A stretch of DNA of 35,115 nt, taken from a virus. Its lineage: Duplodnaviria > Caudoviricetes. Made by a program: the position numbers and the translations under genes. The stretch lies in the IMG/VR virus record IMGVR_UViG_3300017650_000020, positions 1 to 35,115 of that record, one strand, 5' to 3'. The notes under the pieces are model-generated. The model ran no database searches and had not been told where the DNA came from. It worked only from the letters and a program-made list of their open reading frames with translations. Of this stretch, positions 25,634 through 34,864 are shown one piece after another (position 1 is the first letter of the stretch; every line of letters begins with the position of its first letter).

Positions 25634-27561
25634 TGCCTATCGCAGTCAATGACCAAACCGGGGAAACGATGTTTCTCAGTGATGACGGCAATTGGCAGAA
25701 GGCCAAAACCGCCGTTAATCCCCAGACCAAGGAAATGTTGGCCTTCGATGGCAAGGACTGGCGCCCGGTGCCGCAGCAGTCCAAGGGCGTTCTTGGCTAT
25801 GTAGACGATGCGGTTCGTTCTCTGGCTTCTGGAATGACATTCGGGTGGGCTGATGAACTATCAGCCAAGGCGAATGAGCTTGCCGGCAACGGGACCTACG
25901 AGGAAAACCTCGCCGCTGAAAAGCGCCGCGACCAGCAGATCCCCACAGCTATCAAGGTGCCCGGCGAGATTGGCGGGGCTGTTGCCGGAACGCTGGCGGC
26001 TCTACCTGCAACTGGCGCAGCCGCCGCAGCAACTGGCATCTCCAAGCTACCTACCGTCGCCCGGATGATGCTGGGTGGCGCTGGGGGCGGCGCAACCTAT
26101 GGAGCCGGCGAAGCGAACCCCGGCGGTCGCGCCCAAGGAGCGTTAGAAGGCGGGGCCACTGGATTAGCCGTTGGTGCAATCGTCCCCGGTCTAGCACGAG
26201 GTGTCGGCGCGACGGCAAACGCTGTTCGCGGAGCTATATCCCCGCGCGCAAATGTAGCCGCCGACCTCGGTCGGGCAATTATGCGGGACGCTGACACTCC
26301 GGCGGCTCTTATGGCTCGCACGCAGGGTTTGCAAGCGACCCGCCCCGGTGTTGCGGCGCTGGCCGATGCTGGCGGCGAGAACGTCCGTGGGCTCGTTGAA
26401 CGGGTCGCTCAGACGCCCGGCGCCGGCCGGACTATTGTGGTCCCTGCCCTGACAGGTCGTCAGCAGGGACAGATGGCGCGCTTGAGCACTGACCTACGCC
26501 AACTGACGGGCACCAGCAAGACTGCACATCAGGCCATTCAGGAAACTATGGCAGAAAGGGCGAAAGCTGCCCGTCCCCTCTATGATGAAGCCTTCAACTT
26601 CAATGCTCGAACCGCCCCAGAAATCGAGCAGGTTTGGAACCGGATCACCAGCACTGGCTGGGGCCAGCATGTTCTACGCAGCCCCGATTTCCGAAGAACT
26701 CTACAGACCGAATATGGGATTGCAGACGTTAGAAACGCGCCTCTCATGGTCCAGATCGACGCGTGGAAGAAGCAGGTAGACGGTATAGTTGGAGAAGCCG
26801 TACGCAAGGGGAATGCTAATCAGTCGCGCGTCCTCTCCGCAATGCGTGATGACCTAATCGGCGTCGTCGATCAACATAATCCGGCCTATGCGAAGGCTCG
26901 TGATGCTTGGGCTGGTCCATCCAGATATTTGGACGCGGTGGAGGAAGGTCGCAGAATCTTCGATACCAAGATAGGTGCGGAGGAGCTTCGGGCGGCCTTG
27001 CAACATATGCCTGAGGCTGAACGGGAGGCTTTCCGCATAGGCGCTGTCTCATCCATGCTTGGCAAGATGGGCAATGACCCGGCGAAGCTGGGGGATATGA
27101 CCAAGTATTTCCGCTCGCCCGAGATGAGGTCGAAGGTTGCCGCTATCATGCCGGACGAGGCGGCAGCGGCCAAATGGGCGGACAGACTCAACTTCGAGGT
27201 GACTTCTTCCGAATTGACCAGTCGTGCACTGGGCAACTCTGCTACAGCGCGTCGTCTCGCTGAACGTCAGGACGCAGATGGGATCGCTGGCGACCTCATT
27301 ATGGATGCGTTCTCAGGAGCGCCGCCGGTTAGCCTGCTGCGGCGGGCAATCGGTACGGTTCCGAAGAAAATCCGCGACACTCTTCGGTCCAGGTCGGACG
27401 AGGTTCTCGGAGAACTGCTGACAAATCCGGATTCGATGAAGGAGCTTACCCGCGCAATTGAGGCCGTTGGCCGCCGGCAGGCGTCGGTTGCTGCACGACC
27501 AACTAGAGACGCCGCCGCCATCGCCGGGGCGAACTCCTATCTGCTGAATGATCAGCGATAG
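25633..27561 (+). CDS. Large DNA ejection protein (gp16 position)
   Basis: G.TFG.ADE motif, Gly/Ala hydrophobic N-half, helical C-half. Confidence 0.7.
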   Translation: MPIAVNDQTGETMFLSDDGNWQKAKTAVNPQTKEMLAFDGKDWRPVPQQSKGVLGYVDDAVRSLASGMTFGWADELSAKANELAGNGTYEENLAAEKRRDQQIPTAIKVPGEIGGAVAGTLAALPATGAAAAATGISKLPTVARMMLGGAGGGATYGAGEANPGGRAQGALEGGATGLAVGAIVPGLARGVGATANAVRGAISPRANVAADLGRAIMRDADTPAALMARTQGLQATRPGVAALADAGGENVRGLVERVAQTPGAGRTIVVPALTGRQQGQMARLSTDLRQLTGTSKTAHQAIQETMAERAKAARPLYDEAFNFNARTAPEIEQVWNRITSTGWGQHVLRSPDFRRTLQTEYGIADVRNAPLMVQIDAWKKQVDGIVGEAVRKGNANQSRVLSAMRDDLIGVVDQHNPAYAKARDAWAGPSRYLDAVEEGRRIFDTKIGAEELRAALQHMPEAEREAFRIGAVSSMLGKMGNDPAKLGDMTKYFRSPEMRSKVAAIMPDEAAAAKWADRLNFEVTSSELTSRALGNSATARRLAERQDADGIAGDLIMDAFSGAPPVSLLRRAIGTVPKKIRDTLRSRSDEVLGELLTNPDSMKELTRAIEAVGRRQASVAARPTRDAAAIAGANSYLLNDQR

Positions 27562-27800
27562 TTGGTGCGGTCGGGGTCTATGCGGGGAAGCTGGGAATTG
27601 GCGTCGTCCTCACCGTCCATATTGAAGTCCGGCCACCAGCCGTAGTGCCAACGGAAAAGGCAGAACATATACAAAGCCCCGACACCGAATCCGAGGCTGA
27701 TTTGCCATCCGGCGGCATTGGCCACTTGGGCAAAAAGATAGATGAGAACTATGACGCTGGCATTCGCCAGCCAGAATGCCCAACGAGGAAGGTCAGTCAT
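27552..27800 (-). CDS. Small two-TM membrane protein (moron)
   Basis: Two hydrophobic segments; antisense to the late operon. Confidence 0.6.
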   Translation of the reverse strand: MTDLPRWAFWLANASVIVLIYLFAQVANAAGWQISLGFGVGALYMFCLFRWHYGWWPDFNMDGEDDANSQLPRIDPDRTNYR

Positions 27801-28032
27801 AGGATTCGCGCTTCCAGACTCTCATATAATCGGCAGCGCGAGAGAGTTCATCCTTGACCTCTCGCAACTCGCTTCCGGTGGCGTACATAGGGTTCTTCCC
27901 CCAATCCAGCATCCAGACGCGTATCAAGTGATGGATTTCCAGAAGAAGCCAGACCACAACTAACAACGCGATAAGAATACCCGCCGAAATGCTCAAAAGG
28001 GCAATCTCAAAGGTTGTCAATTCGCTCTCCAA
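27793..28032 (-). CDS. Small single-TM membrane protein (moron)
   Basis: TM segment IALLSISAGILIALLVVVWLLL; overlaps the next gene; TTG start. Confidence 0.55.
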   Translation of the reverse strand: MESELTTFEIALLSISAGILIALLVVVWLLLEIHHLIRVWMLDWGKNPMYATGSELREVKDELSRAADYMRVWKRESYD

Positions 28033-28040
28033 CTATTTCC

Positions 28041-28066
28041 AAGGCCGTCCTTCTGGGCGGCCTTTT
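28041..28066. terminator. Bidirectional terminator hairpin
   Basis: AAGGCCGTCC-TTCT-GGGCGGCCTTTT. Confidence 0.7.
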
Positions 28067-28085
28067 CATAAGGAACACGTCAATG

Positions 28086-28379
28086 TCAGACTTGGTAAAG
28101 GTGCTGGGCAAGCCAGTTGGCCGTTTCCTGGCTGGCGACCCTCCGGAAAGCCCCTTTCCCCGTGATCTCAAGAACGATGATGCCGTCGTTATCATCAATG
28201 ACGCCTTGCGAGCGAAGGACCCCTATGATGTCAGCTGGGGTCCTCGGTGTTTCAATAATCCAGATTGACTGGAGCGGCCAGCAGTAATCGACGGCGGTTT
28301 TTAACGTCTCGTGTAGTCGATACCAGTCCGTTGAAGTGACTTCGCGCCGCAGATCGTAGCTCACCACATATTTCGACAT
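28086..28379 (-). CDS. Cas2/VapD-like ferredoxin-fold small protein (moron)
   Basis: N-terminal YVVSYDL, Y..L…LK, LQS.W.I.T, D.ND.I.V.EIT pattern; GGAGG RBS. Confidence 0.65.
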   Translation of the reverse strand: MSKYVVSYDLRREVTSTDWYRLHETLKTAVDYCWPLQSIWIIETPRTPADIIGVLRSQGVIDDNDGIIVLEITGKGAFRRVASQETANWLAQHLYQV

Positions 28380-28440
28380 CGCGCCCCTCCCACAATTCAG
28401 GGAGGGTACCGCACCTCACAACCTAGAGTCGAGAACTAAC

Positions 28441-28470
28441 AAGGTCGCCAGCCCGGCGGCCTTTTCTTTT
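28441..28470 (+). terminator. Terminator hairpin
   Basis: AAGGTCGCC-AGCCC-GGCGGCCTTTTCTTTT. Confidence 0.7.
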
Positions 28471-28484
28471 GAGGTCCGCCCGTA

Positions 28485-29447
28485 ATGGCAGTGCTCATCC
28501 GTAATTCGCTCTTGCCGGTCGTTGATGAAAACGGCTTGCCGCTCGCTGGGGCGAAACTCTACATCTACGCGGCCCAGACGACAACGCCGCTCGCGCTGTT
28601 CTCAGACGCTGATTTGGCAGTTCCGGCCGCGAACCCCATCGTGATTTCTACTTCCGGCGTCTGTCCCAAGCGATATATCGCGCCAGCCTCCTACAAGATC
28701 GTCGCCAAAAAGGCGGACGGCTCGTCCTTGGCGGATTACAGCGGCGACGACATTGACCCCGGCATTCCCCTCGGTGCGGGCGCCCTCGGCATTCCATTCG
28801 GCGGCACCGGGGCCACGGACGCCGGGACGGCCCGGACCAATCTGGGCGTGCCCTCTCAGGGCGAGGTCAACGGGCTGGCCGGAGAGGTCGCCAACGTCAC
28901 CGGCCTGCTGGTCGGACCGGCCGGCACCCAGATCGGCGCTGGCACCACGGCGCAGCGCCCCGGCAGTCCCGATGATGGCAAGCTCCGATACAACACGGAC
29001 AATGACCGCTTCGAGGGCTACGAGGACGGCGAATGGCAGGACGTGATGACAACCGGCCAGAAGGCCGATCAAGCCATCATGGAGGCCGCGACCGATAACG
29101 ACACGTTCGTTCCCCCGGCGATGATGATCCACCACCCCGCCGTCCCGAAGGCTTGGGCGCTTATCAAGAATACGTCCAACGGCACCTATACCATCGAGCA
29201 GCAATTCGGCTTTTCTGGGTTGGTCAAGAACTCGACCGGCGACCTGACGCTGACGCTGACGAACGCAATGTCCACGGTAGTGTTCCCGGTTGTTCTCGGA
29301 TATCAATCTTCCGCGACCTCCACCCGCACGATCTATGTCAAGGCGCTGACCACCACGACTGTCAGGTTCGAGATTCAGAATCCCGGAACCGGCGTCTCCG
29401 ATAGCGGCACGGACTATATCACCGTGGCCGTGTGGGGTGACCGCTGA
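28485..29447 (+). CDS. Tail fibre/receptor-binding protein with a virion-attachment N-terminal domain
   Basis: D.NG.PLAGAKLY.Y.A.TTTP…SD…..NPI head-binding-like motif; GTTAQRP…G.LRYNTD; beta-rich C-terminus. Confidence 0.75.
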   Translation: MAVLIRNSLLPVVDENGLPLAGAKLYIYAAQTTTPLALFSDADLAVPAANPIVISTSGVCPKRYIAPASYKIVAKKADGSSLADYSGDDIDPGIPLGAGALGIPFGGTGATDAGTARTNLGVPSQGEVNGLAGEVANVTGLLVGPAGTQIGAGTTAQRPGSPDDGKLRYNTDNDRFEGYEDGEWQDVMTTGQKADQAIMEAATDNDTFVPPAMMIHHPAVPKAWALIKNTSNGTYTIEQQFGFSGLVKNSTGDLTLTLTNAMSTVVFPVVLGYQSSATSTRTIYVKALTTTTVRFEIQNPGTGVSDSGTDYITVAVWGDR

Positions 29448-29830
29448 TGCTGGCCCGCTCCGGATATGGCAGCGGCGGCGCGCTGATGGAAGTCAGCGGC
29501 GAGATTGCCGCGAATGCAACGTGGTCCTCCGCCATCTATTTCAGCGCGGCGGGTGTGCCGACAGACCTCACCGGCCTTTCCTTCCGGATGACCTTCCGCG
29601 CCTGCGACGGTGCAACCAGTCCCAGCCTCACCCTCTCCACGGACGATGGAAGCCTGTCCATCGGTGACGATGACGACGGCAATCCCTGCGTCCTGAATAT
29701 CATGGTCCATCCGCCCATCAACCTGCGCGGCGATTACGTCTGCGACCTCGCCTCAGAGGACGCAAACGGCGTCGTGACCGCGTGGGCGCACGGCGTCGTG
29801 ACCTTCCGGCCGAACCCGGTCGCCTTCTAA
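29447..29830 (+). CDS. Tail fibre adaptor-like Ig-fold protein
   Basis: P.DLTG..F.M, L.LST, G.Y..DL pattern; between two RBP genes. Confidence 0.55.
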   Translation: MLARSGYGSGGALMEVSGEIAANATWSSAIYFSAAGVPTDLTGLSFRMTFRACDGATSPSLTLSTDDGSLSIGDDDDGNPCVLNIMVHPPINLRGDYVCDLASEDANGVVTAWAHGVVTFRPNPVAF

Positions 29831-29845
29831 CTCAGAGACATCGCC

Positions 29846-31771
29846 ATGCTTCGATTCAGCCAGCCCTCGGGCGGGGCAGCTATCAGCTTGTCCTATTTCC
29901 TGCGTGGGCCAGTCGGCGCTGATGGCCCGGCCGGCGCTACAGGCGCTGGCGTCGCCACTGGCGGCGCAGCGGGCACCATTCTCCGCAAGCAGACAAGTTC
30001 TGACTACGAAACTGCGTGGGACACGGTTGATAACGTGGTCGGCGCCGCCAACGTCACGCCGAGCGACGAGAGCACTTCCATTGCGCTCAAGGATGTGGCC
30101 GCGCTGGGAAAGTTCGCGGTTAATGATGGGACAGTCCGCCGCTCAAATGAACAGCGATGGTCCGACGAAATTCGCGCCAGCGACTATGACGTTGTTGACG
30201 ACAGTATCACTGATAATCAGCTGCGCATCTCGAATATGTGCGCTAAGGCAGCTCTGCTTGGCAAAAAGTCGCTGGTATTTGATTTGCCGGGGAGTATTCG
30301 GGTTGCGTCCCCCGGAGCATTTCCTGTGTTTCGTCAAGACCACACTCAGATCAGAGGAACGGGTACGACATATTTCTTGATCGACAGCAACGATCAAGGA
30401 GACTTTCTGAATTTCTCACCGGAGGAAAACCAGCACAACGTTGGTGCAATCGACCTCCGCGATTTCAACATCTACGCGACAGCGGACACAAACACAGGGC
30501 GCGCACTCGTTCTCCATGATGTCTTCGCTGCCAAAGTTCATAACGTCGGCCTGTACGCCCATTACGCCTGTATGACGCTTATCGGCGGTGGCGGTCACGA
30601 GTTCACACAGTTCCAGATGGCTTCGGACGCGGCGTTCGCTGAATACCGCGCCAACTCGTACTTACTGAAAATCGAGAAATCTCCATTCCGGGCAGGCGGT
30701 ACTCTCGGAGGGATTATCCCCTCCGAAATCCACTTCGGTCTTTCCGAGTGGCGAGGGCAACAGATCAACGGGCGTTTATCCAAGAATATCTGGATCACAT
30801 GCGCTGACGGCATTTGGTGGGAATCAGGCGGCCATTTCGGCATGTGCCGAGATGAAATCATTCTGATTGATCCTGCTAAAGCGTTCGATGGTGAAGCCCA
30901 GGACCACCAGATCACGGCCATCTATATGGACGGCGTGTATCTAGACAGCTGTCCTCTCGGAACCGGGCTGAAGATCACGCAGCCGGAGGATTACAACGGT
31001 GTCGCTGGCGCATTGTCCTTCGACTTCCGGTTTGTAAACGACTGCAAGATCGGAGCGGATCTAGGCATCGACCAGATCGCCCTATCAAAACTTAATATCG
31101 ACGGGACGAACGGAACGGAACGGCCTGTTATTCTCCGGAGCAATGCTGGCGCCGGCTCGTGGGAAGTGAACCTCCGAGACGCGATAAGCCTCAACGAGAA
31201 CAACGACGGCTCTGGCGGCGTGGATGTCCTTGAGGATTATTCCCATGCACGGATTATGACTTTGCGAGTTCGCAAAGGGCCGGGCGTCGCCCCTGAATTC
31301 GGTCTACGCGTCGCAAGCGGTGCACAGGACATCCAAGTATTCGACCCAGAATTTGAAGGCTGTACGGCCGACATCCTCGACAGTTCCGGAGGACAGCTCA
31401 CCGTTTTCGAGTCCTCTGAGTGGACGAGGACGTGGACTCCAACGTTGAGTGTCGGGAGCGGCACGCCGGGCACCCTGACCGTCGCCGCTGCGCGATATAA
31501 GAAAATCGGCAAATGGGTCACTGTTCATCTCGAGATCGACAGCGCGTCAGTCGGAACAGCCTCCGGTTATCTGATGGCAACGCTTCCGTTCACCCCAAAA
31601 AACGGCACCTTCTCTCGAAACGGCATTGAGGTAAGAGTAACTGGCGCTTCTTTGCGTGCGCTGCTTGTTGGTGGCGATAACAAAGCGTACATCACCCGCG
31701 ATGATACGTCGTATCCGTTTAGTGGTGACGACCAACTTGCGTATATGGACATAACCTATGAAATCGAGTGA
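29846..31771 (+). CDS. Tailspike / putative beta-helix polysaccharide depolymerase
   Basis: Short G-X-Y run and GG..G..L.K….DY…W hinge, D…DN..I…/IRG.G beta-helix cap, C-terminal W.P…Y.KIG..V domain. Confidence 0.75.
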   Translation: MLRFSQPSGGAAISLSYFLRGPVGADGPAGATGAGVATGGAAGTILRKQTSSDYETAWDTVDNVVGAANVTPSDESTSIALKDVAALGKFAVNDGTVRRSNEQRWSDEIRASDYDVVDDSITDNQLRISNMCAKAALLGKKSLVFDLPGSIRVASPGAFPVFRQDHTQIRGTGTTYFLIDSNDQGDFLNFSPEENQHNVGAIDLRDFNIYATADTNTGRALVLHDVFAAKVHNVGLYAHYACMTLIGGGGHEFTQFQMASDAAFAEYRANSYLLKIEKSPFRAGGTLGGIIPSEIHFGLSEWRGQQINGRLSKNIWITCADGIWWESGGHFGMCRDEIILIDPAKAFDGEAQDHQITAIYMDGVYLDSCPLGTGLKITQPEDYNGVAGALSFDFRFVNDCKIGADLGIDQIALSKLNIDGTNGTERPVILRSNAGAGSWEVNLRDAISLNENNDGSGGVDVLEDYSHARIMTLRVRKGPGVAPEFGLRVASGAQDIQVFDPEFEGCTADILDSSGGQLTVFESSEWTRTWTPTLSVGSGTPGTLTVAAARYKKIGKWVTVHLEIDSASVGTASGYLMATLPFTPKNGTFSRNGIEVRVTGASLRALLVGGDNKAYITRDDTSYPFSGDDQLAYMDITYEIE

Positions 31772-32036
31772 TAAAATGGTCTTCGTTCGGGTCCAGAAGC
31801 CGGCGACATTCTCCAAGAAAGATACTGACCCTTTGTCCCCGGATGCCAATACTGAGCTATCAGCATATGATGCGCGCAAACATGGGCAGGACGACCTGAT
31901 AGGAATGAATAAAAAGAGTTAGCAAGACGTGTGTTTAAAGCGGATCGATAGGGAAGCGTAGTTATACAGTATAATTAATAGTTATATGCGACAATTTTCC
32001 ATTGCGATAGTTGATGAGCTTCGTCTAACGTTGCGC

Positions 32037-32046
32037 GGGGGGGGGG
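32037..32046 (+). repeat. G10 homopolymer directly before the ATG of ORF 32047
   Basis: Seen directly. Confidence 0.9.
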
Positions 32047-32820
32047 ATGATGTTGAAGACAGCGTTATTCATCGGCGGGTGCAATGCTCAACATGTGACG
32101 CTCAAGTTACCTGGAGCCACCCAGGCAGGACAAATTTATCGCATTCCTACCGCGATGTTTGACCCCCTTTCCCAGTTTAATGGGTCTGATCTTGCTTCCG
32201 CGCTCGGAGATGCTTATAGCGCCGTCGAAGAACACGACGACGTGTTGAAGCGCATGAGATACGAGGCATCTGGGCGCTTCACGCAAACATTAACTAACAC
32301 TGACTTCGATGCTATAATCATCGACTTCTGGCGAGACAGTTATCCGTCCCTGATTATGTTGGATGGGAAGCTTCTCTCGATTGGCGTGGAACTCCACGAT
32401 AAGCCAGACCTTCGAAGGCTTCTGGAGAAGCGGTTTAAACGGATCCAACCTGGTGACAGGCTATATTCGAGGGCGTTCGGCCGTGGGCTTAAGAGTCTGT
32501 CTGGCATCATCGCCAGCCATCAGCCTCATGCGAAGGTTATCCTTTTGGACTGTCCGCCTACTGCAATTTCGGTACGTGGCGGGACTATGCAGGATGCGAA
32601 GGCGTATTTGGGCGCCGAAGTATACTCGGGCTTCTACAGGGATCATTACCAGAGAGCGCTCAAGCGTTATAAGTCCGAGATTAGCAGTTCGCACATCTGT
32701 GCCTTTGGTGATGTGACGTGGACGAGTCCTGACGCCCCATGGGGTGAGGCGTCATTGCATTACGATATGCCTTTTTACGAGAGAATGGCGTGGAAGATTA
32801 GCCAAGAAATTCTGGCCTGA
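32047..32820 (+). CDS. Low-GC moron, SGNH-like/DUF6270-like protein
   Basis: FIGGC, IIIDF..D, PWG…LHY…FY motifs; AT-rich upstream region and own terminator. Confidence 0.55.
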   Translation: MMLKTALFIGGCNAQHVTLKLPGATQAGQIYRIPTAMFDPLSQFNGSDLASALGDAYSAVEEHDDVLKRMRYEASGRFTQTLTNTDFDAIIIDFWRDSYPSLIMLDGKLLSIGVELHDKPDLRRLLEKRFKRIQPGDRLYSRAFGRGLKSLSGIIASHQPHAKVILLDCPPTAISVRGGTMQDAKAYLGAEVYSGFYRDHYQRALKRYKSEISSSHICAFGDVTWTSPDAPWGEASLHYDMPFYERMAWKISQEILA

Positions 32821-32845
32821 TTTGTCTCCCGATATCTAAGCTAAC

Positions 32846-32870
32846 AGCCGCCCCTCCGGGCGGCTTTTTC
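32846..32870 (+). terminator. Intrinsic terminator
   Basis: AGCCGCCC-CTCC-GGGCGGCT-TTTT. Confidence 0.75.
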
Positions 32871-32888
32871 TTTGCCCGAAAGGAAGCC

Positions 32889-33770
32889 ATGAAGCAGAAC
32901 TATTCTGCCGCGCTCTCGCGCGTGCTCCGGCATGAAGGCGGCTTCGTTCACCATCCGAAAGACCCCGGCGGGGCGACCAATCAAGGCATCATTCAGACCA
33001 CCTATGACGCCTATCGCCGGCAGCGTGGTCTGCCCACACAGTCCGTCCGGAACCTCACCTCTCAGGAGCGGGACGCGATCTACAAGACTCAATATTGGGA
33101 CAAGATCGCCGGGGACCGGCTGCCGCTCGGCGTCGATTATGTCGTGTTCGACGGGGCGGTGAACTCGGGCGTGGCGCAGTCCGTCCGCTGGCTGCAACGG
33201 GCGCTCCGGGCAGATGGCCTATATTCCGGGCTGATTGACGGGCTGGTTGGGGCGAAGACTCTCGATGGCGTAGACCAGCACCCGGACCATGACGCGCTGA
33301 TCGGGAGTATTTGCGACCAGCGGATGGCCTTCCTCCGTGACCTCAAGACGTGGGGCACGTTTGGCAAGGGCTGGACCAATCGGGTCCGGGAGGTCCGGAC
33401 TGGCGGACAGGCGTGGGCCATGGGGTCCGTCCCCGGCAAGGCCACGGCCGGCGCGGGCGCTGCCAAGGCGACGGAAGCCGATACCAAGATCAGCAAGACC
33501 CCCGAAGGCAAGGTTGCCGTCGAGGAAGCCAAGTCCGGCACGAGCCTGTCCGGTCTCGGCAGTCTGGCGTGGGCCAATTTCGACACCGTGACCGCCCGCC
33601 TGTCCGACCTTGCCGCCCTTCCCGATTGGGCTGTCCGGATCGCCCTCGGCGCGGCCATTGTGGCTGGCCTCGGCTATGGCGGCTACCTGCTGGTCAAGGC
33701 CGGCCGTCGCTGGTGGCAAGCCCGGCAGGACCGACAGCCGGCGCCTGTCGCCATTCCCGATATGGCTTGA
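32889..33770 (+). CDS. Endolysin, glycoside hydrolase family 108, with PG-binding region and C-terminal TM
   Basis: HEGGFVHHPKDPGGATN.GI, YWD, FD.AVNSG, DG.VG.KT, FGKGW.NRV. Confidence 0.93.
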   Translation: MKQNYSAALSRVLRHEGGFVHHPKDPGGATNQGIIQTTYDAYRRQRGLPTQSVRNLTSQERDAIYKTQYWDKIAGDRLPLGVDYVVFDGAVNSGVAQSVRWLQRALRADGLYSGLIDGLVGAKTLDGVDQHPDHDALIGSICDQRMAFLRDLKTWGTFGKGWTNRVREVRTGGQAWAMGSVPGKATAGAGAAKATEADTKISKTPEGKVAVEEAKSGTSLSGLGSLAWANFDTVTARLSDLAALPDWAVRIALGAAIVAGLGYGGYLLVKAGRRWWQARQDRQPAPVAIPDMA

Positions 33771-33773
33771 GCC

Positions 33774-34067
33774 ATGTGGGATTCCATCTGGACCTGGTAC
33801 GGCCTTGGCGGGGCCGTGATGGCGTCTGCTGGCGCGCTGGCGTGGTTCTTCCCGCCCCTCCGCAAATACGCCCTAGCCGCCGCCCTGACGGCCGCTGCGG
33901 CCCTCTCCGTCTATCACAAGGGCAACCGGGACGGCTCCCGCCGGACGCAAAGGAAATGGGACGATGCTGAGACCAAGTCCGCTGACAAGGGCCGGAAGGC
34001 CCGCGATGATGCTCGTCGGGATGTTGCTGCTGGCAGGGTGTCAGACGACAAGTGGTTCAGGGACTAG
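33774..34067 (+). CDS. Rz-like inner-membrane spanin
   Basis: N-terminal TMs and charged tail; overlapped by a lipoprotein ORF. Confidence 0.65.
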   Translation: MWDSIWTWYGLGGAVMASAGALAWFFPPLRKYALAAALTAAAALSVYHKGNRDGSRRTQRKWDDAETKSADKGRKARDDARRDVAAGRVSDDKWFRD

Positions 34068-34179
34068 CGCGGTGTGCGCGGGTCAGGAACCAATCCGCCC
34101 GTCCCGTTCCGACACGCCAGAAACCATTCGCCAGATCATGGAGCACAACCGATTTCTTGAGCGCCGGGGATGCCTGTGA
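34006..34179 (+). CDS. Rz1-like outer-membrane lipoprotein spanin
   Basis: Lipobox LLAGC; C…I..S..DT.ET..QI..HN…..C. Confidence 0.75.
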   Translation: MMLVGMLLLAGCQTTSGSGTSAVCAGQEPIRPSRSDTPETIRQIMEHNRFLERRGCL

Positions 34180-34565
34180 ACGGCACCAATGACGGCGACC
34201 GGCCGCCGAATGTCGAACCCACGGGTCTGTTGCTGGATCTCGCCCAGGCGCTCGGCCGGATCGAGGGGCAAAACCAGCTCATCCTCAAGGAGCAGGGGCG
34301 CGCCTCCGAAAACCGGAAAGAGCAGTACGAGGCCCTTGAGGAAGTCCGCTCGAACTTGGCGGAAATGAAGCGGGACGTCACCAGTGTCACCGCCAGCGTC
34401 GCGATCATGAAGCCCGATGTCGATGAAATGAAGGGCTTCCGAGCACAGGTCGCACTCGGAATGGTCTTCGTCACCGCCGTCGTTACTGGAGCCATCAACC
34501 TCATATGGCTCGGCGTCACCAACCTGGGCCATATCAAGATTTGGCTGCGCGAATTCCTGCGCTAG
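34170..34565 (+). CDS. Coiled-coil protein with C-terminal TM (holin-like lysis-region protein)
   Basis: LGRIEG, coiled coil and one TM at the end of the lysis cassette. Confidence 0.55.
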   Translation: MPVNGTNDGDRPPNVEPTGLLLDLAQALGRIEGQNQLILKEQGRASENRKEQYEALEEVRSNLAEMKRDVTSVTASVAIMKPDVDEMKGFRAQVALGMVFVTAVVTGAINLIWLGVTNLGHIKIWLREFLR

Positions 34566-34831
34566 GGCTCGCCTGCCGGCAATCGTGCGATAGGCAACCG
34601 CTGATCGGGGACGCTGGACTTGATCCGTCGGTCTGGCGGGGCCAGCGTCACCAGTGCGTCCACGAGCGTTCTCGCCTGCTTCTTTGTCATCCGATTCCGA
34701 ACGCTTGCCCGGACGGCATCGTCGTCAAAGTAGACGTAGAAAAGCGAGCGGCCGGAGCCGTCACAAACGTCGAAGCTTTCCTCGTGTTCGGTCACGGACC
34801 ACGGGCTGGGGAATTGGGTGCGAGACAGCAT
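34562..34831 (-). CDS. Conserved rhizobial-type hypothetical protein, LexA-boxed
   Basis: FP.PWSV.E….F.V.D..G..L.YVYF.D pattern; GGAGG RBS. Confidence 0.75.
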   Translation of the reverse strand: MLSRTQFPSPWSVTEHEESFDVCDGSGRSLFYVYFDDDAVRASVRNRMTKKQARTLVDALVTLAPPDRRIKSSVPDQRLPIARLPAGEP

Positions 34832-34864
34832 GAGACCTCCATATTGCAGGCTCTCTTTACCCAA

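Noticed and set aside
28086-28379. CRISPR-Cas system suggested by the Cas2-like gene
   Set aside because: No repeat-spacer array or other cas genes anywhere in the window
28485-31771. Diversity-generating retroelement or invertible tail-fibre switch
   Set aside because: No reverse transcriptase, invertase or TR/VR repeat pair seen
31776-31922. 48-codon ORF after the tailspike
   Set aside because: No RBS or motif; probably the promoter region of the moron
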